Assembly: GCA_037446635.1 (NCBI GenBank)
Contig: JBBIIG010000008.1
Span: forward strand, 1,219 to 53,083
Length of the DNA stretch: 51,865 nt
Reading direction: 5' to 3'
Source: a bacterium
Lineage (GTDB): Bacteria; Zhuqueibacterota; Zhuqueibacteria; Oceanimicrobiales; Oceanimicrobiaceae
The notes below the pieces were generated by a model. That model was not told the origin of the DNA and did not search any database. It was given only the letters and a program-made list of their open reading frames with translations. Shown one piece after another: positions 43,233-51,865 of the stretch. The position numbers and the translations under genes are program-made. Numbering within the stretch: the stretch's first letter is position 1; every line of letters begins with the position of its first letter.

Positions 43233-45347
43233 ATGAAACAAGCCCTACTGCTACTCGTGTTAATTCAAGTCACTTTTGCGCAGGAAGATTTGGTTTGGGT
43301 GAGAGACGACCGCGTCCTCAATCCCAGCGGCGTGCAAATCCGCAGTCTGCCGGAGCCAGGGGACCAGCCAGTACCGTTCGGCAACGCCCGCATCGATCTC
43401 GGCGACGTCGATGGCGACGGCCACCTCGATCTCGTGATGCTGGATAACGCCGGCTTGCAATTTTATCGCAACCTCGGCGCTCCGAATTTCGATCAATTTG
43501 AGCGGCGGCCGGACTGGGAAATCGGCGTCGATGTGACGGGAATTCAATATAACACCATCCCCACGCTCGCCGATTTGAATTACGATCTGCATCCGGAACT
43601 GATCATCCCCGACCCCACCATTCGCGTTTGGAGAAATGTGGGCGCAGGGGGAACCGTCATCTGGTTTCGGGATGACGCACTGTTAGAAGGAATTAGCGGC
43701 CGCCAAGTTTTGGCGGTGGTGGATTTGTTTAACGACGCCGTGTTTGACGTGGTCACCCGCTGCCCCGACTCCGGCGACGTTTGTATTTACCGCAACATTG
43801 GCTCCCCAGAAAGCTCGTTCTGGGAGCTGCTGCCCACTACGCTGCGCGACGTAATCGATCCCGAGGTTCAATTCATTAGTTTTTTCCAGAGCGTACGCTT
43901 CGCGGACATGGACAACGACGGCGATGCGGACTTGTTGGTCACCGAGACCGTCCCCATTGCCTTTGCGCACCTATTTATTTTTGAAAATGCCACCTCCTCT
44001 GGCACGCTCTTCTTTCGCGAGTTTAGAAATCCCGTCAGCTTGAACGGATTGGAAGGCATGAACCCCGCGCCCGGCGACCTGGATAAAAGCGGCACGATTG
44101 ATATGGTGGTGGGCGACAATTCCTTCTTCCTCTCCTTTTATAGAAATGCCGGCACGCCCGCGCAAATGAATTTCGTGGCTCCGGTTCTGTGGGGCGCGCC
44201 CAGAGCATTTTTGGAGACCGATCCCGCTATTGGCGATCTCGACCGCGACGGGGATCTCGACTTGATTCTGGCGGGCGCCATAGAGCCAACCGACATCCTG
44301 CCGGCATTCAGCCAGATTAATTTTTTTCGGAACGTCGGCGATGCGAAATCATTCCGTTGGCAGCAAAAAGAAGTTATCTTTTATGATCCATTTGAAAATG
44401 CTCACTTGCGACCCACGTTCAATTTGAACGATTACAACCAGGATGGCGAGTTGGATTTGGCCGTCGGCGCGCATCTGGTGGATGGAGATCTATTTGAATA
44501 CACGCTCCGGGGAACCGCGATTACGTTTTTAAAAAAGGTGCCGGGCGGACTGGCGCCGCAGTGGGAAGAAGATCCTTCTGTCTTTGCGCAATTCGTCCAC
44601 GACTCGATTTATTATGATCCAATTCTGTTCGATTTCAACGGCGACGGGGCGCTGGATTTGTTGATGCAGGTTGCGGGAGAATACACCTTTTACGAAAACA
44701 TCGGCCCACTTGAAAATCCAAACTGGGAAGCGCGGCCGCCGTGGCTGGACGGACTCGACGAACGGCGGCACCACCGCGCCGCCGCCGGCGACGCCGACAA
44801 AGATGGCCTGCCGGATTTGTTGTTTGGTGAATTAGACGGCGGCCTCAATTTCTATCGCAATGTTGGCGCAGCTTCGCTCCCAAAATGGCAACTTACCAAT
44901 TCAGCGTTTGCTGGAATTCGCGTGGACTCTTCCGCGGCGCCGGCATTCGGCGATCTCGATGGCGACGGCGATTTGGATTTAATCATCGGCGACGCCGAAG
45001 GCAAGGTGGTCTTGTATCGCAACGATCTGATTGTGGGGGTCGAGTCGGTAAACACGAATTTTCCAGAGTCTTTCATATTAAAACAAAACTACCCCAATCC
45101 GTTTAACCCGGAAACCACCATCGAATACGAGTTGGCACAGCCCGGTTTTGCGCGGCTTACCATTTACAATCTACTAGGTCAGCGGGTGCGCACACTGGTG
45201 GACTCGTGGCAGCCGGCGGGCAGACACCGCGTGAGTTGGGATCGCAGCGGAGAGCGAGGAGCGGATAGCGTGGCGTCAGGGGTGTATCTGTATGAATTGA
45301 AGATCGGAGAAATGGTGCAGAGAAAGAAAATGGTTTTGCTGCATTGA
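43233..45347 (+). CDS. Secreted FG-GAP/VCBS-repeat beta-propeller protein with CTD
   Basis: Repeated D.D.DG..DL motifs (GDVDGDGHLDL, GDLDRDGDLDL, GDLDGDGDLDL); [16 protein letters not shown]. Confidence 0.88.
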   Translation: MKQALLLLVLIQVTFAQEDLVWVRDDRVLNPSGVQIRSLPEPGDQPVPFGNARIDLGDVDGDGHLDLVMLDNAGLQFYRNLGAPNFDQFERRPDWEIGVDVTGIQYNTIPTLADLNYDLHPELIIPDPTIRVWRNVGAGGTVIWFRDDALLEGISGRQVLAVVDLFNDAVFDVVTRCPDSGDVCIYRNIGSPESSFWELLPTTLRDVIDPEVQFISFFQSVRFADMDNDGDADLLVTETVPIAFAHLFIFENATSSGTLFFREFRNPVSLNGLEGMNPAPGDLDKSGTIDMVVGDNSFFLSFYRNAGTPAQMNFVAPVLWGAPRAFLETDPAIGDLDRDGDLDLILAGAIEPTDILPAFSQINFFRNVGDAKSFRWQQKEVIFYDPFENAHLRPTFNLNDYNQDGELDLAVGAHLVDGDLFEYTLRGTAITFLKKVPGGLAPQWEEDPSVFAQFVHDSIYYDPILFDFNGDGALDLLMQVAGEYTFYENIGPLENPNWEARPPWLDGLDERRHHRAAAGDADKDGLPDLLFGELDGGLNFYRNVGAASLPKWQLTNSAFAGIRVDSSAAPAFGDLDGDGDLDLIIGDAEGKVVLYRNDLIVGVESVNTNFPESFILKQNYPNPFNPETTIEYELAQPGFARLTIYNLLGQRVRTLVDSWQPAGRHRVSWDRSGERGADSVASGVYLYELKIGEMVQRKKMVLLH

Positions 45348-45400
45348 TGTCACTGCGATCAAACACCGTCTCAGACAGTGTTGGATCGGCGGGGGATCTC
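45348..45400. repeat. REP left arm (TGTCACTGCGA) carrying a nested copy of the 32-bp palindrome
   Basis: GATCAAACACCGTCTCAGACAGTGTTGGATC (45357-45387); its first 20 nt match the reverse complement of 41364-41395 exactly. Confidence 0.75.
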
Positions 45401-45485
45401 GTCCCAAAAAACTTCTTTTAAAACTGACCACGAAATTTTATATTACTTCTTCAGTTCAGTAAACCGGTTTAGTTGGAGTGTGATT

Positions 45486-47210
45486 TTGTTTCGAAAGAAC
45501 CTCTGCTGCGCTGCGATTGTGATCGCGGTGTTGATCTTCAATACTTCCGCCGGCGCCAAAAAGTGGCCGGTTTACGCCAAACACGGCATGGTGGTCTCCT
45601 CCGATCGCCTGGCCTCTGAAGTGGGCGTGGAGATTTTGAAAAGAGGCGGCAATGCCATCGATGCCGCGGTGGCGACCGCGTTCGCGCTGGCGGTGGTGCA
45701 TCCGGCGGCAGGCAACATCGGCGGCGGGGGATTTATGGTCATTCGCTTCGCGGACGGCGCAACCACTACGATTGACTACCGCGAGAAAGCGCCGAAAGCC
45801 GCTCACGAAAAAATGTATCTCGATGAGAGGGGGGAACTCATCCGCGACTCGAATCACAAGGGTTATTTATCGATTGGCGTGCCCGGCACGGTTGCGGGTT
45901 TGATTCTGGCTTTGGAAAAATTCGGCACCATGTCATTGAAAGAAGTCCTGCAGCCGGCTATCAAATTGGCGGAAAAAGGCTTCGCGGTTACCTATGCGAT
46001 GAGCGCGGATTTCAAAGAACTGGCGGAGGAATTTCGCAAGTACCCGGCTGCAGCAAAAATTTTTTTGAAGAATGAAAATGAATTTTACGAGTTCGGCGAT
46101 ATTCTTGTGCAAAAAGATTTAGCTGAAACCCTCAAGCGCATCGCCAAACATGGCCGCGATGGATTTTATGCCGGCAAGACTGCTGAATTAATCGAGCAGG
46201 ATATGAGAGTGAACGGCGGCTTAATTACAAAAGACGATTTGGCCGCGTATCAAGCCGTCATGCGCCAACCGATCGAGTTCACCTATCGCGGATACACCAT
46301 CACCACGATGGCGCCGCCCAGCTCCGGCGGCGTAACGCTGGCAATCTTGTTGAATATTTTGGAGGCCTACGATCTCGCCAAATTAGGACACAACTCGGCG
46401 GCGTACATTCATTTGCTGACCGAAACCATGAGACGAGCGTATGCCGCGCGGGCGCAGTATTTAGGCGATCCGGATTTCAATCCCGACATGCCGGTAGAGA
46501 AATTGATCTCAAAAGAATTTGCGGACGAGCTGCAAGCATCCATTGCTCTCGATTCGGTTGCGCACAGCCACCCGGGCTTTTTTGAATGGGCGCGCGAGTC
46601 CGAGGAGACGACGCATTTTTCTGTGGTCGATGCACAGGGCAACGCCGTCTCCAACACCTACACCATCGAAGCGTGGTACGGCTCGAAAATCGTGGCGAAT
46701 GGCTGCGGATTTTTGTACAACAACGAGATGGGCGATTTCAATCCGTGGCCGGGACACACCGACACCACCGGCCTCATTGGCACGAAGCCAAACCTGGTGC
46801 AACCGGAGAAGCGGATGCTGTCTTCGATGGCGCCGACCATCGTTTCAAAAGACGGTAAGTTAGTGATGGTCGTCGGCACTCCGGGTGGCCGCACCATCAT
46901 CAATACCGTGCTGCAGACGATCGTGAATGTGATCGATTTTGGCATGAACATCTACGAGGCCATCGATGCGCCGCGCTTTCACCACCAGTGGCTGCCGGAT
47001 GTGATCAAGATCGAAAAATGGGGCGCGAGCGCCGACACCCTGGAGCGCCTGCAGAAGATGGGACACAGAATCGAATGGGTGGAGACGTTGGGGCGGGCGA
47101 TGGGAATAATGATAGACGCGGAAACAGGTTATTGCATGGGAGCGGGAGACGCGCGGGATCCGAGTCGAGCGGCGGTGGGGTATTGCAAAGAAATGAAAAA
47201 TGCAGAATGA
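45486..47210 (+). CDS. ggt: Gamma-glutamyltransferase
   Basis: GGNAIDAAVA, GNIGGGGF, DYREKAP, PPSSGG, ETTHFSVVD, NNEMGDF, KRMLSSM.P, GTPGG. Start is probably TTG 45486 or GTG 45480; the ORF is open from 45378. Confidence 0.95.
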   Translation: MFRKNLCCAAIVIAVLIFNTSAGAKKWPVYAKHGMVVSSDRLASEVGVEILKRGGNAIDAAVATAFALAVVHPAAGNIGGGGFMVIRFADGATTTIDYREKAPKAAHEKMYLDERGELIRDSNHKGYLSIGVPGTVAGLILALEKFGTMSLKEVLQPAIKLAEKGFAVTYAMSADFKELAEEFRKYPAAAKIFLKNENEFYEFGDILVQKDLAETLKRIAKHGRDGFYAGKTAELIEQDMRVNGGLITKDDLAAYQAVMRQPIEFTYRGYTITTMAPPSSGGVTLAILLNILEAYDLAKLGHNSAAYIHLLTETMRRAYAARAQYLGDPDFNPDMPVEKLISKEFADELQASIALDSVAHSHPGFFEWARESEETTHFSVVDAQGNAVSNTYTIEAWYGSKIVANGCGFLYNNEMGDFNPWPGHTDTTGLIGTKPNLVQPEKRMLSSMAPTIVSKDGKLVMVVGTPGGRTIINTVLQTIVNVIDFGMNIYEAIDAPRFHHQWLPDVIKIEKWGASADTLERLQKMGHRIEWVETLGRAMGIMIDAETGYCMGAGDARDPSRAAVGYCKEMKNAE

Positions 47211-47225
47211 AAAAAGCAAAATGAT
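47191..47225 (+). repeat. Five imperfect 7-bp tandem repeats overlapping the ggt stop
   Basis: AAATGAA AAATGCA GAATGAA AAAAGCA AAATGAT. Confidence 0.7.
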
Positions 47226-47321
47226 TTGCCGGCAAAATAATTCGTGTCTGAGCGAAAACGAGCGACGGGCTGTCACTGCCTGCCGGTGCAGACCGGCGAA
47301 GCAGTCTATCGAAGACTTGAA

Positions 47322-47525
47322 ATGGAATTGCGTGTTGACTACTTTGAGGAAGATGATGTCATGGTGGCGCTTTGTCCGGAGTTGCAGGCATCCAGTTACG
47401 GCAATTCATTGGAGGAGGCGGAGGGCAGCATCAAAGAAGCGCTGGAACTCTTTTAGGGCTGCGAAAGTTTAGGGACGCTGCAAGAAATTTTGGAGGAAGC
47501 GGGTTTGAAATGTCCACTTTCTTAG
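47322..47525 (+). pseudogene. HicB-like antitoxin with an internal TAG
   Basis: MELRVDYFEEDDVMVALCPELQASSYGNSLEEAEGSIKEALELF*GCESLGTLQEILEEAG...; the family-like motif continues in frame past TAG 47454-47456. Confidence 0.72.
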
Positions 47526-48157
47526 ACCTCGAAAACTGGAATCGCAAACAGCACTTCTACTTTTTCAAAGACTACGACCACCCGTTTTTCAACATCTGCG
47601 CGGAGGTGGATGTCACCCGTTTGTTGGCTTATACTAAAGAGCATCAACAATCATTTTTCGTCGCGTTGTTGTTTTTGTCGCTGCGTGCCGCCAACTCGAT
47701 TCCGGAGTTGCGCTACCGCATTCGCGGCGAACGGGTACTCGTGCACGATGTCATCCACGCCGGCTCCACGGTTTTGAATAGCGACGAAACCTTCAGCTTC
47801 TGCTACTTTGATTATGACGGGAACTTCCAAACGTTCAATCGCGAGGCAACTCAAAAATTAGAAAAGTATGCGCAGGGATTCAAAAGCCTCGAGCCCGGCG
47901 ATAACCGCGATGACCTGATTCACTACTCGGTTATTCCGTGGATTTCGTTCACGAGTTTTGCGCACGCCAGGAAGTACGGGGCCAATGACTCGGTACCCAA
48001 AATCGTTTTTGGAAAATATTATGATGAAGCCGGCGCGAAAAAAATGCCGGTGTCCGTGGAAGTTCATCACGCGCTGATGGATGGCATTCATGTGGGGAAG
48101 TTTTTTGAGGAGTTTCAAGCGCTTCTACAAAACCCGCAGGAGTTTCTTCGAGACTGA
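47510..48157 (+). CDS. cat: Chloramphenicol acetyltransferase (CatA)-family O-acetyltransferase
   Basis: W.RKQHF.FF, PELRYRI, SVIPWISFTS, PKIVFGK, VHHALMDGIH catalytic motif; 215 aa from ATG 47510. Confidence 0.88.
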   Translation: MSTFLDLENWNRKQHFYFFKDYDHPFFNICAEVDVTRLLAYTKEHQQSFFVALLFLSLRAANSIPELRYRIRGERVLVHDVIHAGSTVLNSDETFSFCYFDYDGNFQTFNREATQKLEKYAQGFKSLEPGDNRDDLIHYSVIPWISFTSFAHARKYGANDSVPKIVFGKYYDEAGAKKMPVSVEVHHALMDGIHVGKFFEEFQALLQNPQEFLRD

Positions 48158-48191
48158 CGGGCTAATGAATCGGGAGTTTTCAATTAGAAAC

Positions 48192-48395
48192 TCAGTTCAT
48201 ACCAGCGCCGCATTCAGCAACTTGTATCAAGTCCCCTAATTCGAGCTCAGGATACGCTTGGAGAATTTCATCATTGGTCATAGCGGATGCCATGAGTTTA
48301 AGCACGAATGCAACCGTTATCCGCATACCGCGTATGGTTGGTTGACCCAGACAAACCTTCGGGTCAATTTTGATTCGATCAAGTTTCTTTTTCAT
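48192..48395 (-). CDS. DUF433-family antitoxin-like protein (orphan)
   Basis: RI.IDP.VC.GQPTIRGMRITV..VL......T..EIL..YPELE; ATG 48395 follows GGAG. Confidence 0.8.
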   Translation of the reverse strand: MKKKLDRIKIDPKVCLGQPTIRGMRITVAFVLKLMASAMTNDEILQAYPELELGDLIQVAECGAGMN

Positions 48396-48498
48396 CTCCA
48401 ATCCAGAATTCTTCTTGGCAATGATAGTTAAATTCATTTATATTTGCAAGTCCGTTTTAGGAACTGAATGAAATCCGTACTAAACAAGGAATTTTGAC

Positions 48499-48809
48499 AT
48501 CACTAAGATTCTCTTTGAAGTAGAATCAAAACTCGGGGTGAAAATTCGCACCACCGAATCCCATTGGAAACTTATAACTAAGATCAAGCATCCGGAGATT
48601 GACGGTTGGTTGACGAGGTTAAGGTAACACTAAGGGAGCCAATCGAAGTTCGAACCCGTCACGATGATGAAAATGTTTTTCTTTACTACAGAGTTCACCG
48701 AAAGTATTATCTTTGTGTTGTTGCCAGACATTTGAACGACCGCGGTTTCATTATTACAAGCTATTTAACCACTAAAATAAAAGAAGGAAAGTTGATATGG
48801 AAAAGATAA
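48499..48809 (+). pseudogene. Frameshifted DUF4258/RelE-like toxin upstream of DUF2283
   Basis: One frame gives (I)TKILFEVESKLGVKIRTTESHWKLITKIKHPEIDG; after a shift at ~48606 the next gives VDEVKVTLREP...[21 protein letters not shown]. No ATG; ATC follows AAGGA. Confidence 0.7.
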
Positions 48810-49015
48810 GCATCACTTATGATAAAGTTGGAAACACTTTGGATATTTGGTTTGGCAAGCCAAGAAAAGCTATTTGTGAAGAAATTGGCGGCGGAGTCAT
48901 TCTCAAAAAAGACCGCAACGGAAAAATAATTGGCTTCGAGAAACTCAACTACGTAAAACAAGACAAGCAGAAAAACGAAATTGCTGCGATTCCTTTGGAG
49001 GTCAACGTTATTTAA
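48797..49015 (+). CDS. DUF2283-family antitoxin-like protein
   Basis: I.YD..GNTL.IWFG.P....[19 protein letters not shown]. Confidence 0.82.
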   Translation: MEKISITYDKVGNTLDIWFGKPRKAICEEIGGGVILKKDRNGKIIGFEKLNYVKQDKQKNEIAAIPLEVNVI

Positions 49016-49017
49016 AC

Positions 49018-51861
<2,844 letters not shown>

Positions 51862-51865
51862 GGGT

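Noticed and set aside
47454..47456. Amber recoding (pyrrolysine or alternative genetic code)
   Set aside because: TAG is the normal stop of dnaN, gyrA and mtnA in this window, and a 3-nt deletion explains this codon.
47372..47509. N-terminal extension of Cat in the ORF track
   Set aside because: It is the alternative frame of the HicB remnant; CatA similarity begins at ATG 47510.

Overview
Bacterial chromosomal window that spans the replication origin. It is probably from an FCB-superphylum organism such as KSB1 or Calditrichota; this is inferred from the [12 protein letters not shown] C-terminal sorting domains (CTDs) and TonB receptor style. 1-18.6 kb (minus strand): a beta-glucan utilisation locus with GH16, SGNH-TPR, two GH3, an SSS transporter, a PPIase-like lipoprotein, a non-catalytic multi-CBM CTD protein, a TonB-dependent receptor and a truncated conserved hypothetical gene. 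It has no recognisable SusD in the window, three sigma54-type -24/-12 promoters and shared tandem palindromic enhancer-like sites. 18.7-31.8 kb: envelope and metabolic genes (DUF2914, TPR lipoprotein, mtnA, LytR_C, OmpA, two Omp85-like barrels, GNAT, truncated aminotransferase, aldo/keto reductase, FAD oxidase plus SCP2). 31.9-41.2 kb: oriC with dnaA-dnaN-recF-DUF721-gyrB-gyrA. 41.2-51.9 kb: REP/BIME-like array, HtrA protease, FG-GAP CTD protein, ggt, decayed toxin-antitoxin genes, CatA-like acetyltransferase and uvrA. The most unusual signals are: an 18-bp palindrome inserted in frame in both dnaN and the LytR_C gene; a ~90-aa histone-H1-like Lys-rich extension on GyrB; the SusD-less sigma54-driven locus; and at least six distinct, partly nested short palindromic repeat families. 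All calls are by eye, with no database searches.
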